Shown here one piece after another: positions 15,552-25,033 of a stretch of 45,487 nt of DNA. Source of the DNA: Desulfobacteraceae bacterium. GTDB taxonomy: Bacteria > Desulfobacterota > DSM-4660 > Desulfatiglandales > HGW-15. Below the pieces are notes generated by a model that saw nothing but the letters and a program-made list of their open reading frames with translations, ran no database searches and had not been told where the DNA came from. Numbering within the stretch: position 1 is the stretch's first letter; each line of letters starts with the position of its first letter. The translations under genes were made by a program, and so were the position numbers. The stretch lies in assembly GCA_050050615.1 (NCBI GenBank), contig JASFTV010000002.1, positions 1 through 45,487 on the forward strand, in the 5' to 3' direction.

Positions 15552-16520
15552 ATGGCAAAAAGCCCACCAAAACTGCTGAACCAGGTGCGGGAGAAAATCC
15601 GGCTAAAGCATTACTCCATTAGAACAGAGCGGGCCTACGTTGCCTGGATCAAGCGTTTCATCTTGTTCCACAAGAAAAAGCACCTCCTGAGCATGGGGAA
15701 ATCCGAGGTTGAAGCCTTTCTCACCTATCTCGCCGTAAAGCGCAAAGTTTCCTCATCCACGCAAAACCAGGCCTTTAACGCCATCCTTTTCCTCTACAGG
15801 GACGTATTGAACAAGGATCTGGAGGGCAACGTCGATGCTGTTCGGGCAAAGAAACCGAAGCGATTACCCACAGTCATGACGCGAGAGGAGGCCATGGCTG
15901 TCATCCAATCCCTGCCCGGTGTGTATCAATTGATGGGAAAGCTCCTCTACGGCAGCGGGCTTCGTCTTATGGAATGTATGAGACTGAGGGTCAAGGATAT
16001 CGATTTTCAAAGGAATCAGATCCTTGTTCGCGATACAAAGGGTATGAAGGATCGGATCACGATGCTCCCTGAATCCGTGAAACCTGCACTCAGGGAAAAT
16101 CTGGAGAGGTGCAGAAAAATCCATCAAAAGGACCTGGAGGATGGTGGGGGTCGCGTCTACATGCCCCAGGTTTTGGCCAAAAAGTATCCAAATGCTGCCC
16201 GGCAGTGGGCCTGGCAGTATGTCTTCCCGGCAAAGAGCCTTTCCCAAGACCCAAGGAGCGGTGAGAGGAGACGCCATCACGTGCACGAAAATGCGCTTCA
16301 AAAAGCCGTCAAGAAAGTGGTTCGGCTTGCGGGTATCCATAAGCATGTGACCTGCCGCACTTTCAGGCACAGCTTCGCTACCCATCTGCTCGAGGATGGG
16401 TATGAGATCCGGACGGTCCAGGAGTTGCTGGGGCACAAGGATGTGAACACCACGATGATTTACACCCATGTGCTCAACAGGGTTGCCAGGGCGGTGAAAA
16501 GCCCGTTGGATACCCCCTAG
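15552..16520 (+). CDS. intI: integron integrase
   Basis: 322 aa, collinear with IntI1 as I recall it: [33 protein letters not shown]. It carries the IntI-specific insertion [35 protein letters not shown]. Catalytic region [37 protein letters not shown]. Confidence 0.9.
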   Translation: MAKSPPKLLNQVREKIRLKHYSIRTERAYVAWIKRFILFHKKKHLLSMGKSEVEAFLTYLAVKRKVSSSTQNQAFNAILFLYRDVLNKDLEGNVDAVRAKKPKRLPTVMTREEAMAVIQSLPGVYQLMGKLLYGSGLRLMECMRLRVKDIDFQRNQILVRDTKGMKDRITMLPESVKPALRENLERCRKIHQKDLEDGGGRVYMPQVLAKKYPNAARQWAWQYVFPAKSLSQDPRSGERRRHHVHENALQKAVKKVVRLAGIHKHVTCRTFRHSFATHLLEDGYEIRTVQELLGHKDVNTTMIYTHVLNRVARAVKSPLDTP

Positions 16521-16611
16521 GGTGGAATACTGGAACAGTGGAATAGTGAGAAAGCGGGGAACAAAGGATACGGAGACGCGAGGCAAAAGGGAGAGGACAA
16601 ATCCGTCCCGG

Positions 16612-16632
16612 CTTCCCTTTACGAAAGGGAAG
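16612..16632. other. perfect 9-bp hairpin downstream of intI
   Basis: CTTCCCTTT-acg-AAAGGGAAG with no U-tract. Possibly a terminator or protein-binding site. Confidence 0.3.
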
Positions 16633-16811
16633 AGCCCATGCAAAAATAGAGCATGAAGCACCGATTCGTTTTTGGACAAGAACGAGAGCAGGGGAGGTTA
16701 CAAAACGGCGTGTGGTTGGATGGATCTAAGAGGGCGCAGAAAAATAGTGTAGCATGAGTGCGGATGCGTGGATGGTTAACCCAGATCACAATGACAAACG
16801 GCGAATGACTA

Positions 16812-17909
16812 ATGACAATTCTTGACTGGTCGCAGTTGCACGAAAAAAGCGTATTTACGCCTATGACCCCGCTCCTGGCCCTTTTCTCTTTTCTCTACGG
16901 TGTGGGAATCAGGATCAGGGTGAGGGCGTATGGCGGAGTCAGGCGGAAATCCCTCCCTGGTTTTGTTGTCAGCGTCGGCAATCTGACAGCCGGGGGAACC
17001 GGAAAGACGCCGGCAGCCTGCATGTTGGCTGAATGGGCCTTGGGCGAGGGATATGGCGTGGCTATTCTCTCCAGGGGTTATGGCGGCCACCCTATGAAAC
17101 AAGTTCTTGAGGTCACTGACGGACATGGCATAAACCCCACTCCGGCTGAAGCGGGGGACGAGCCTTTTCTCCTTGCACAAAGACTCCGGGGGGTGCCCAT
17201 ATTCATATCCAAGAGCCGCTACCAAGCCGGCTTGTTGGCTCATAAGAAATACCGAACCAACTTTTACATCCTTGACGATGGCTTCCAGCACCTGCCCCTT
17301 AAAAGAGACCTTGATCTGGTTCTAATGGATGCTAGAAGCCCGTTCGGAAACGGTCACCTCTTGCCATGGGGCCCCTTGAGGGAGCCTCCAAGCCATCTCA
17401 AGAGGGCGGATGCCTTTGTCATCACCCGATCCGGACAGCGTGCCTCTGAAGGCGTCCACGATTCGATCCGCTTCCTCAAACAGCGGTTCCCGGGCAAACC
17501 CGTCTTTGGGAGCGAGCACGTTCCTGAAAGCGTTGTTTTTCCGAATGAGGATACGGGTTACGATACCGGATTCTTAAAGGGAAAACGGGCCATAGCCTTT
17601 GCGGGGATCGCGCGACCTGATCTGTTCAAGGATACCCTGATCAATCTCGGAACTGATTTGGTGATGTTCAGGGGTTTCAGAGATCACCACCCGTTCACGC
17701 AGTCGGAGATCCAAGGCTTGGTCGCCGAAAAGGAGCGACTGAAAGCCGATTGCCTCCTGACCACTGAAAAGGACTGGGTACGACTGGAAAATCTCGCTGG
17801 GGAATACCCAGATCTGGGCTATCTGAGGATAAAGTTCAGCCTTCTGGATAGGGAGGAGGAATTTTTCGGAATAATCAAAGAAAAGGCCGGAAAAGCGCTG
17901 CGCGCTTAA
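16812..17909 (+). CDS. lpxK: tetraacyldisaccharide 4'-kinase
   Basis: 365 aa. P-loop VGNLTAGGTGKTP and overall LpxK architecture. Confidence 0.85.
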   Translation: MTILDWSQLHEKSVFTPMTPLLALFSFLYGVGIRIRVRAYGGVRRKSLPGFVVSVGNLTAGGTGKTPAACMLAEWALGEGYGVAILSRGYGGHPMKQVLEVTDGHGINPTPAEAGDEPFLLAQRLRGVPIFISKSRYQAGLLAHKKYRTNFYILDDGFQHLPLKRDLDLVLMDARSPFGNGHLLPWGPLREPPSHLKRADAFVITRSGQRASEGVHDSIRFLKQRFPGKPVFGSEHVPESVVFPNEDTGYDTGFLKGKRAIAFAGIARPDLFKDTLINLGTDLVMFRGFRDHHPFTQSEIQGLVAEKERLKADCLLTTEKDWVRLENLAGEYPDLGYLRIKFSLLDREEEFFGIIKEKAGKALRA

Positions 17910-17942
17910 ATGCCAAATGAATGACAGCGCTCAAAGCCAAGC

Positions 17943-18112
17943 AATGACGAAAAGACGAAAAGTCGAAAGCACGGAAGATGAGGGTACTTTGGAAGAATTC
18001 AGTTTCGAAAAAATAAAATTGTTACAAGATTTTATATAACGCGAGGTTATCGCTCCCATGGCGAGAGTCGTGAACTGATTTCGCGTTTTCTTAATTTCGT
18101 GCTTTCGTGATT
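17943..18112. repeat. IR-bounded ~170 bp element in the lpxK / acyltransferase spacer
   Basis: The left arm AATGACGAAAAGACGAAAAGTCGAAAGCACGG and the reverse complement of the right arm (AATCACGAAAGCACGAAATTAAGAAAACGCGAAA) share about 75% identity. This includes the perfect 10-mer CGAAAGCACG / CGTGCTTTCG. Confidence 0.5.
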
Positions 18113-18277
18113 AAGTTTTTCCTTTACGGGTTCTGGCATTTCATCTTTGGATTTTGACATTCATGTGGACTTTGAGCTTTGGAATTTGGAATTATCCTTG
18201 TACATCATGCTCTTGACGTTTTATGCTTCCGGGACCTCTGTGTTCCCGACTTCATGTAAGATAGAAACAAAGGCACT

Positions 18278-19210
18278 ATGATTTACAGATTGCTCCGTAC
18301 GATTGTTCTGTTGATATCCTACATACCTTTCCCGGTTGGCCAGTTTCTGGGAAGGATCTTGGGGACAGCCGTCTCTGTGGTTCCTATGATACGAACCGGC
18401 GTGGTGCTCGAAAATATCCAGCAAAGCTTTGACGGGTTGATGGGAAAGGGTGAGGCCAAGAAACTTCTTCGCAGGGTTTTTATGCACTTCGGCCAGATGG
18501 TATTTGAAGTTCCCCATGTCTTGAGGCTTAGCCCTGTGAACCTCGATAAATATGTCATCATTGACGGAGAAGAAAACCTGCGAGATGCGATCAAGAAAGG
18601 AAGAGGGGCTTTTGTCCTTACCGGACACTTCGGCAATTGGGAATTGATGTCCGGTGCCGTGGCGCTCCGTTTCGGGAATGCAGCGGTCGTTGCCAGGCCC
18701 TTTGATTTCAAGCCTCTTGATCGACTGATGCTTGACCTGCGTTCACGGTTCGACACAGAGGTGGTATACAAACACCGCGCCATGAGACGCCTTGTTCAGC
18801 TCGTCAAAGAAAAAAAGATGGTGGGCATTCTCCTGGACCAGAATGTGGATTGGTACGAGGGGGCTTTTGTGAATTTCCTGGGAAGGCGGGCCTGCACCAA
18901 CAAGGGCTTGGCTCTCATGGCATTAAGGTTTGGCACCCCAGTCGTCCCGGTCTTCTCGTTGAGGCAGAAAGACGGTCGCTATCGAATCGTTATTGAAAGA
19001 GAGGTAAACCTGATCATAACGGGTGACAGAACCCGGGACATAGAGGAGAATACGGCCCTTTTCACCGCGATCATCGAGGCTTATGTCCGGAAATATCCTG
19101 ACCACTGGTTCTGGTTCCACAGGCGATGGAAAACGCGGCCGTACTGTCCCCTGCCGGAGGATTTTTATTCCTCCTCCCCTAGCCCATCGCGGCAAGAGGC
19201 TGTGGCATAA
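18278..19210 (+). CDS. lipid A biosynthesis late acyltransferase (LpxL/HtrB family)
   Basis: 310 aa. LTGHFGNWEL (HX4-acidic motif) and genomic context next to lpxK. Confidence 0.75.
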   Translation: MIYRLLRTIVLLISYIPFPVGQFLGRILGTAVSVVPMIRTGVVLENIQQSFDGLMGKGEAKKLLRRVFMHFGQMVFEVPHVLRLSPVNLDKYVIIDGEENLRDAIKKGRGAFVLTGHFGNWELMSGAVALRFGNAAVVARPFDFKPLDRLMLDLRSRFDTEVVYKHRAMRRLVQLVKEKKMVGILLDQNVDWYEGAFVNFLGRRACTNKGLALMALRFGTPVVPVFSLRQKDGRYRIVIEREVNLIITGDRTRDIEENTALFTAIIEAYVRKYPDHWFWFHRRWKTRPYCPLPEDFYSSSPSPSRQEAVA

Positions 19211-19285
19211 TGTCATTGTGAGTCCCGCTCGGCAGGATCCAAGGGGAGCGGGTGGTGAGCGAACAAGATTTTCAATAAGACGAAT

Positions 19286-20359
19286 ATGATGAAGGTTTCA
19301 GGGCACTTACCCATCGATAAATTGAAGATTCATCGCATCCTCATCCGGGCTACGAACTGGGTGGGTGATGTGGTGATGACCATGCCAGCTCTCGAGGCTG
19401 TGAGAGAACATTTTCCAGATCGCTTCATAACGGTTCTGGCACGGCCGTGGGTAGTCTCCCTCTTTGAGAACCACCCCGCCGTCGATCAAGTGATTCCCTT
19501 TATGAAAGAAGGAGGATATCTAAAAGATCTTGTCAAAATCTTCAGGCAAGCTGCTCTGATTCGGAGGCTTCGCTTCGATCTTGCCGTGCTCTTCCAGAAT
19601 GCTTTTGAGGCGGCCATGCTCACCTATCTGGGTGGCATCAGATACAGGGTAGGCTATAACACGGATGGCAGGGGGTTTCTTTTGTCCCACGCCGTGGTCA
19701 GAGACAGAGAGACCCTGAGACAACATCAGGTGGAGTACTACCTCTCGATGCTGCGGGCCATGGGCTGGGAAGCGCGGAGCAGAGATCCTTCCCTTTTTGT
19801 AGCTGATAAGCATGTGGAGGCTGTCCAGTCGCTCCTTGAATCACACGGCATTCATCATGATGACCGCCTTCTGGGCCTGAGCCCTGGCGCCATCTTCGGC
19901 CCGGCCAAGCGCTGGCCCATTGAAAGATTCGCGGCCATAGGGGATTGGGCCGTTGAGAGATGGGGGACAAAGGTGCTTGTCATAGGGAGCGAAGCGGAGA
20001 ACGATCTGTGTGAAGCATTGGGCCGATCCATGAAACATAAGGCATTGAATCTTTGCGGAATGACGAACCTCGGGGAAGCGATGGCCCTCATCAAAAGATG
20101 CTACTTTTTTGTGTGCAATGATTCGGGGCTCATGCACGTTGCAACTGCTCTGAACGTGCCAACCGTCGCCATTTTCGGATCCACCGATCCTGTGGCCACG
20201 GGGCCCCGAGGCAAACACGCAAAGATTGTCAGAGAAGAGATGGATTGTTCCCCCTGTCTTAAACCTGAATGTTCCATCGGTTACCGCTGCTTGTTTGCCA
20301 TTGAGCCTGAAGATGTATGGAAAGAGATGGAAAACTTAAGAGAAAACCAAGTCCGGTAG
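19286..20359 (+). CDS. waaF: ADP-heptose--LPS heptosyltransferase II (GT9)
   Basis: 357 aa. ATNWVGDVVMTMPAL N-terminus and NDSGLMHVA motif of GT9. Confidence 0.75.
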   Translation: MMKVSGHLPIDKLKIHRILIRATNWVGDVVMTMPALEAVREHFPDRFITVLARPWVVSLFENHPAVDQVIPFMKEGGYLKDLVKIFRQAALIRRLRFDLAVLFQNAFEAAMLTYLGGIRYRVGYNTDGRGFLLSHAVVRDRETLRQHQVEYYLSMLRAMGWEARSRDPSLFVADKHVEAVQSLLESHGIHHDDRLLGLSPGAIFGPAKRWPIERFAAIGDWAVERWGTKVLVIGSEAENDLCEALGRSMKHKALNLCGMTNLGEAMALIKRCYFFVCNDSGLMHVATALNVPTVAIFGSTDPVATGPRGKHAKIVREEMDCSPCLKPECSIGYRCLFAIEPEDVWKEMENLRENQVR

Positions 20360-20544
20360 AGTCAAACGAACAGGTTGGCACTTTGACCGGAGGGTTCTAG
20401 AAATTGGCTTTTTATGAGTATAATTCAGGGATTGAGGAATTGAGGTATTCATTCATGGGTCAATCCGTAAGTTCCTGAATTCCCGTGTTCTTCTCGTGCT
20501 GATGCTGTGAAGAAAGACGAGCATTTAACCACTGAGGACGCAAT

Positions 20545-21123
20545 ATGAAAAAACCTGCTGTTTTTATTGATCGAGACGGCACCATCAACGAACAGATGGG
20601 GTACATTAACCATCTGAGCCGGTTTGTCATCCTTCCCGGTGTGCCTGAGGCCGTAAGGCTTTTAAATCAAAATGATTTTCTCGTTATCATTGTCTCCAAC
20701 CAATCGGGGGTGGCCCGCGGCTATCACCCTATTGACCTGGTTGACGAGGTGCACGCGTTGCTGCAAAATATCCTGAGGGAAGAAGCGGCTTTCATCGATG
20801 GCATCTTCTTCTGCCCGCATCATCCCAGCGGAATTGTCCCGAAATACACCGGCGAGTGTGATTGCAGGAAGCCTAAAACGGGTCTCATTGATCAGGCTTG
20901 TAAGGGCTTTGACATTGACCCTGTAAACTCTTATGCTGTTGGGGACCGGTACACCGATGTAGAACTCGCGCATCGTGCCGGCATGAAAGGGATTCTGGTC
21001 AAAACCGGCTATGGCTTGGGAGAAATAGCCCATGTTCTTCCTATCCAGTCCCGGCAGCCTGTTCACATTGCTCAGGATCTCCTGGATGCCGTTCAATGGA
21101 TATTGGGACGGGAGTCAGGATGA
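20545..21123 (+). CDS. gmhB: D,D-heptose 1,7-bisphosphate phosphatase
   Basis: 192 aa. HAD motif FIDRDGTIN, and CDCRKPKTG typical of GmhB. Confidence 0.85.
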   Translation: MKKPAVFIDRDGTINEQMGYINHLSRFVILPGVPEAVRLLNQNDFLVIIVSNQSGVARGYHPIDLVDEVHALLQNILREEAAFIDGIFFCPHHPSGIVPKYTGECDCRKPKTGLIDQACKGFDIDPVNSYAVGDRYTDVELAHRAGMKGILVKTGYGLGEIAHVLPIQSRQPVHIAQDLLDAVQWILGRESG

Positions 21124-21133
21124 AACCTCGTGT

Positions 21134-21198
21134 CAGATTTCTCGCGGCGTTTATCCCCTCGGCAGGCTCCAAGTGCATCCGAGGGCTCGAAATGACAC
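21134..21198 (-). repeat. MITE-like repeat, half copy
   Basis: The reverse complement TGTCATTTCGAGCCCTCGGATGCACTTGGAGCCTGCCGAGGGGATAAACGCCGCGAGAAATCTG aligns at about 75% identity to the left half of the 2745 element. Confidence 0.6.
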
Positions 21199-21276
21199 TT
21201 CATGCCGAAAACAGTGTTGTGACACAGTCTCTTTTGAAGGAGGAAGGGAGAGTGGGGAGGACGTGATATTGCCCGT

Positions 21277-22326
21277 ATGACAGAAAATCTGAAAAGCATT
21301 CTTATCATAAAACTGAGCGCGATTGGGGATGTGGTTCATACCCTGCCTCTTTTGGAGGTTCTCAGAAAGAATTTTCCTGATGCCCGGATTGATTGGCTTG
21401 TGGAAGAAGAGGCTAGCCAAATCATTGAGGGGCATGAAGCGCTCAATCACCTCATTGTCTCTCAGCGAAAATCCTGGCAGAAAAAGCTCCTCAGGCCGGG
21501 GGGGCAAGTATCGGCTCTCAAAGAGATAAGGCGGTTCCTCAAAGAGCTACGTTCAGAGGCGTACGACCTCGTGATCGACCTTCAAGGGCTCTTCAAAAGT
21601 GGTCTCCTGACAGGCCTTTCCAGGGGACGAAGAAAAATCGGGTTTACGTTCGGGAGGGAGGGTAGTTCCCTTTTCTTGACGGAAAAGCCGCTTGCCGTGA
21701 ACATTGACCAACATGCCATAGACCGGTATATGAAGGCGGTGGAATATCTCAACTGCAGCAAAGATTCATGGAAAGGGCATATTCCCATCCGGCCCTCTGA
21801 TAAACAACCTATTGATCGACACCTTGATGAAAACGGCCTGAGTGGAAAGGGCCTTGTGGCGATCAATCCCATGGCCCGGTGGAAGACAAAACTCTGGGAA
21901 CCCCAGCGCTTTGCGGCCCTGGCGGACAGAATACAAAAAGAGCTATCCTGCAAGGTCGTATTCACAGGGAGTGGACATGATCGCCTTGCTATTGATAGAA
22001 TAATAAGTTACATGAAAGAAAGGCCTCTTAACCTGGCTGGCAAAACCGGTTTAAGGGAGTTGGCCTATCTGTATTCCGCGTGCCCAATTGCCATCACGAC
22101 AGACACAGGGCCGATGCATATAGCAGCAGCCATGGGCACATCCGTTGTTGCCCTCTTTGGACCGACGGCCCCGCAGCGAACCGGCCCATACGGAAAGGGA
22201 CATCAAGTTATCAGGGAAGATATAGAATGCAGCCCTTGCTTCAAAAAGAGATGCGGCCACATGACGTGTATGAAGGAGATAACGGTAGAGAGGGTTTTTG
22301 AATCTGCTCGACAAATTATGATGTAA
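21277..22326 (+). CDS. waaC: ADP-heptose--LPS heptosyltransferase I (GT9)
   Basis: 349 aa. ILIIKLSAIGDVVHTLP N-terminus and TDTGPMHIAAA motif. Confidence 0.75.
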   Translation: MTENLKSILIIKLSAIGDVVHTLPLLEVLRKNFPDARIDWLVEEEASQIIEGHEALNHLIVSQRKSWQKKLLRPGGQVSALKEIRRFLKELRSEAYDLVIDLQGLFKSGLLTGLSRGRRKIGFTFGREGSSLFLTEKPLAVNIDQHAIDRYMKAVEYLNCSKDSWKGHIPIRPSDKQPIDRHLDENGLSGKGLVAINPMARWKTKLWEPQRFAALADRIQKELSCKVVFTGSGHDRLAIDRIISYMKERPLNLAGKTGLRELAYLYSACPIAITTDTGPMHIAAAMGTSVVALFGPTAPQRTGPYGKGHQVIREDIECSPCFKKRCGHMTCMKEITVERVFESARQIMM

Positions 22327-22338
22327 AGGAGAGCTGTC

Positions 22339-22512
22339 ATGGCGATCAGCAAAGAATTGCTGGATATTTTGGCATGCCCAAAATGCAAAGGCGATATCTA
22401 TCTGAATGATAGCGGGGACGGACTGATCTGTGAGAACTGCAAACTTCGCTACGAGATAAAAGACGATATCCCGATTATGCTCATTGATGAAGCAACGCCA
22501 ATCGACCTGTAA
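22339..22512 (+). CDS. Trm112/YcaR (UPF0434) family small protein
   Basis: 57 aa, below the ORF-track cutoff. My translation: MAISKELLDILACPKCKGDIYLNDSGDGLICENCKLRYEIKDDIPIMLIDEATPIDL. A CPxC...CxxC zinc-ribbon. ycaR sits beside lpxK in E. coli. Confidence 0.75.
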   Translation: MAISKELLDILACPKCKGDIYLNDSGDGLICENCKLRYEIKDDIPIMLIDEATPIDL

Positions 22513-22561
22513 GGCATCGGGTAAGTGTCTGCTAGTTGTTGTATTCACCCCAATCCTCTCG

Positions 22562-22590
22562 TTCGGCTGCCCTCGGCAAAGGCAACCGAA
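22562..22590 (+). terminator. hairpin after the LPS operon
   Basis: TTCGGCTGCC-N9-GGCAACCGAA (9/10 pairs) with a weak U-tract. Confidence 0.35.
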
Positions 22591-22626
22591 GGATTTGGAG
22601 GGTAAGTCTTACCTAGGAGCCACATA

Positions 22627-23658
22627 ATGAAATACAATAGGATTGCATTGATTTTTCCAGGACAAGGTTCCCAATACGTTGGCATGGGAAAAGAACTATA
22701 TGACGAATTCAAGGTAGCCAGAGATGTCTATGAGCAGGCGAGTTCCGTGCTGGGTTACGATATCGCTGAAAAATGCTTTAGGAAACCGATGCTTGGAAGG
22801 AAAATTATGCACAGGACAGATCTGGATAAAACCATCTTTACCCAGCCCGCTGTGCTGACTACCAGCTATGCATGTTACAAAGTCTTCGAGGAGATGTGTC
22901 GCAACAACGATATCGATCTAAATATTTGCCTCTTGGCGGGCCATAGCCTTGGAGAATATACAGCCTTGATGGTTTCAGGAGCACTGGATTTTGAAACTTG
23001 TGTACATCTTGTTCAGAAAAGGGCAACTTTCATTACAGACTTTAGTGTTTCTTACCCCCATGCAGGGCTCATGGCCATTGTCAACAGGGGCAAGGGGCTT
23101 GACTACCGTGAAATAGACAAACTATGTAAAGATGCCCAGGTGTATGTGACATTGATTAACACGAGAAGCCAGATCGTTGTCGGAGGATTCAAGAAAAACC
23201 TGGAAGACATGTCCAAGAAACTGAAGAAGGAAGGTATGATTGCAACGCATCTGAGGGTAGAAGGGCCTTTTCATACCCCCCTAATGAAGCCGGCCGCTGA
23301 CAAATTCAAGAAAGAACTCTACGGGAGTCATATCTCCATCGCCATGAAACCGGTCATAGCCAATGTGACAACAGAAGCTATCGTAGACCCCAGTCACATC
23401 AAAAACGAACTCTATGAGCAGATTTACACGTGTGTGGACTGGCGGCGTTCCGTGGAGAAGATGATCGAAAACGGCGTAGATCTGTTCATCGAGGTTGGGC
23501 CCAAAAAAGTTTTGAGTACCATGATCAAGGACATTGATCCTTCTGTGCCGAAACTAAACATTGAAGATTCGGCATCGCTCCGAAGCACAATGAAAGAATT
23601 GGGGGTCGAAATTAAGGGTGATGATAAGGCCCCTCAAGATCATAACAAGAAATCCTGA
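22627..23658 (+). CDS. ACP S-malonyltransferase family protein (FabD/MdcH-like)
   Basis: 343 aa with FPGQGSQYVGMG, GHSLGEY and HTPLMKPAADKF. No other fab genes are adjacent. Confidence 0.8.
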   Translation: MKYNRIALIFPGQGSQYVGMGKELYDEFKVARDVYEQASSVLGYDIAEKCFRKPMLGRKIMHRTDLDKTIFTQPAVLTTSYACYKVFEEMCRNNDIDLNICLLAGHSLGEYTALMVSGALDFETCVHLVQKRATFITDFSVSYPHAGLMAIVNRGKGLDYREIDKLCKDAQVYVTLINTRSQIVVGGFKKNLEDMSKKLKKEGMIATHLRVEGPFHTPLMKPAADKFKKELYGSHISIAMKPVIANVTTEAIVDPSHIKNELYEQIYTCVDWRRSVEKMIENGVDLFIEVGPKKVLSTMIKDIDPSVPKLNIEDSASLRSTMKELGVEIKGDDKAPQDHNKKS

Positions 23659-23668
23659 GATCGGAAGC

Positions 23669-23694
23669 CTCCTTTGATGCCACCTTCAAAGGAG
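23669..23694 (+). terminator. perfect 9-bp hairpin after the FabD-like gene
   Basis: CTCCTTTGA-N8-TCAAAGGAG, 11 nt after the stop codon, with no clear U-tract. Confidence 0.35.
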
Positions 23695-23820
23695 AGGGTG
23701 GTATCTATGTTATAAAAATATTTAGAAGACATTTTAATTAAACGGGTTATTCAGAAAGCCGTAAGATCCTCTCACGTCGGGACATGAAAGGAGTCTGCAA
23801 AAGGGTCACAAGGAATAACC

Positions 23821-24759
23821 GTGGGAAAGGAGACAGGCCATAGCGTCATCATAACCGATGTCACTCTAAGGGAGTACGGCCAGAATATACCATCCAAGTA
23901 CCTGCACATTTTTACCCCTCAAATTAGGGTGGAGATCGCCTTGAGACTGATAAAAGCGGGATTCACCCAGTTGGAAATCTTCTCCTGCGTTCACCCCAAA
24001 GTCGCTCCAGCCATGAACAAAGAGGCCTTGAACAAGATTTCGAAGGATTTAGGCTGGCTTGATGGCATCCATTTCATCACCCTTGTCCCCAATAAAAAGG
24101 GCTATGAAAACTTCATGGCCATGAGTCTTGGACCCGATGGTTATGAACACACCATGGGCGCTTTCTTTTCAGCCGTTGAGGCTCATAACAGGGCCAATCT
24201 AGGAAGATCCATCAGCGAAACGGTTCAAGAATACACCCCCATCATAAAAGACGCCGTGGCCAAAAACACAAGGGTTGTTGGATACGTCTCAGCAGCATTT
24301 GGATATGCTGAATCCGAAAACGGTGTTGTCCTAAAACCGGACCAGGACGACTTGAATGAGTACATCGATTTCTACCTTGATCTGGGCGCAGAGAGCGTAA
24401 CCCTTTCAGATCTTCAGGGTATTGCGGATCAAGATGAGACTGGCAGGGTTTTTGAGACGATCATAAATAAGAGGAAGGGGAGGGATGTGGAGAAGCTGGG
24501 CTATCACCCCCATCATATTTCAGGGGAAAAGGCGATAGCTAACAGCAAAGTGGCTTACGACCTTGGCATCAGGCGTTTCGATGCGTCCCTCGGGGGTACC
24601 GGGGGCTGCGTTACGGGCGCCCCCGGCAACCAACCAACCGAGGCGCTTGTTCATTTTATGAATGAATCGGGTGTTGAAACTGGAATCAATGAAGCAGAGG
24701 TATTTTTTCTGAGCGAAACGGTGCAAAAGGAACTTTACAGCAGGATTAACCTTTTGTGA
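23821..24759 (+). CDS. HMGL-like (DRE-TIM metallolyase) protein, HMG-CoA-lyase-like
   Basis: 312 aa, GTG start. ITDVTLREYGQN N-terminal motif and TIM-barrel length. Confidence 0.65.
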   Translation: MGKETGHSVIITDVTLREYGQNIPSKYLHIFTPQIRVEIALRLIKAGFTQLEIFSCVHPKVAPAMNKEALNKISKDLGWLDGIHFITLVPNKKGYENFMAMSLGPDGYEHTMGAFFSAVEAHNRANLGRSISETVQEYTPIIKDAVAKNTRVVGYVSAAFGYAESENGVVLKPDQDDLNEYIDFYLDLGAESVTLSDLQGIADQDETGRVFETIINKRKGRDVEKLGYHPHHISGEKAIANSKVAYDLGIRRFDASLGGTGGCVTGAPGNQPTEALVHFMNESGVETGINEAEVFFLSETVQKELYSRINLL

Positions 24760-24813
24760 AAAGGACTCCTTGATCGTAACCCCAAGAGCACTGCCGTCAT
24801 CTCTGGCAGAGCC

Positions 24814-24990
24814 TGGACAGCGTTTCCTTGTTCACATGTCATTTCGACCCCTTCGAGTAACTCAGAGCCTGCCGGAGGGGTAAACTCCGGGAGAAATCCT
24901 GGAAACCCATTGGCACTGTAAGATTTCTCCCTCCGTTTGCACGGGGGTCGAAATGACCGTATGGCCCCAGTACTTAGGAAACGCTCTGCT
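24814..24990 (+). repeat. MITE-like repeat, copy with a ~40 bp internal deletion
   Basis: Shares TGTCATTTCGACCCCTTCGAGT...GGGGTAAACTCCGGGAGAAATC...CCGTTTGCACGGGGGTCGAAATGAC...TTAGGAAACGCTCTGCT with copy 1. Confidence 0.7.
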
Positions 24991-25033
24991 ATTTCCCGCC
25001 CTTGCGAGCTTGAGAGTTATCCGCCTTGCGGAT

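Larger units (their letters stand above)
4647..16520. mobile_element. chromosomal (sedentary) integron: intI + attI region + minus-strand cassette array
   Basis: An intact IntI-type tyrosine recombinase is transcribed divergently from about 12 co-directional minus-strand ORFs. These ORFs are separated by AAC...GTT-bounded imperfect palindromes. Three ORF stop codons lie inside the R'' box (ATAAC). The distal boundary is uncertain. Confidence 0.8.

Noticed and set aside
15864-16679. 271-aa ORF antisense to intI
   Set aside because: It lies opposite a frame with an unmistakable IntI signature and has no motifs of its own. It is a typical shadow ORF.
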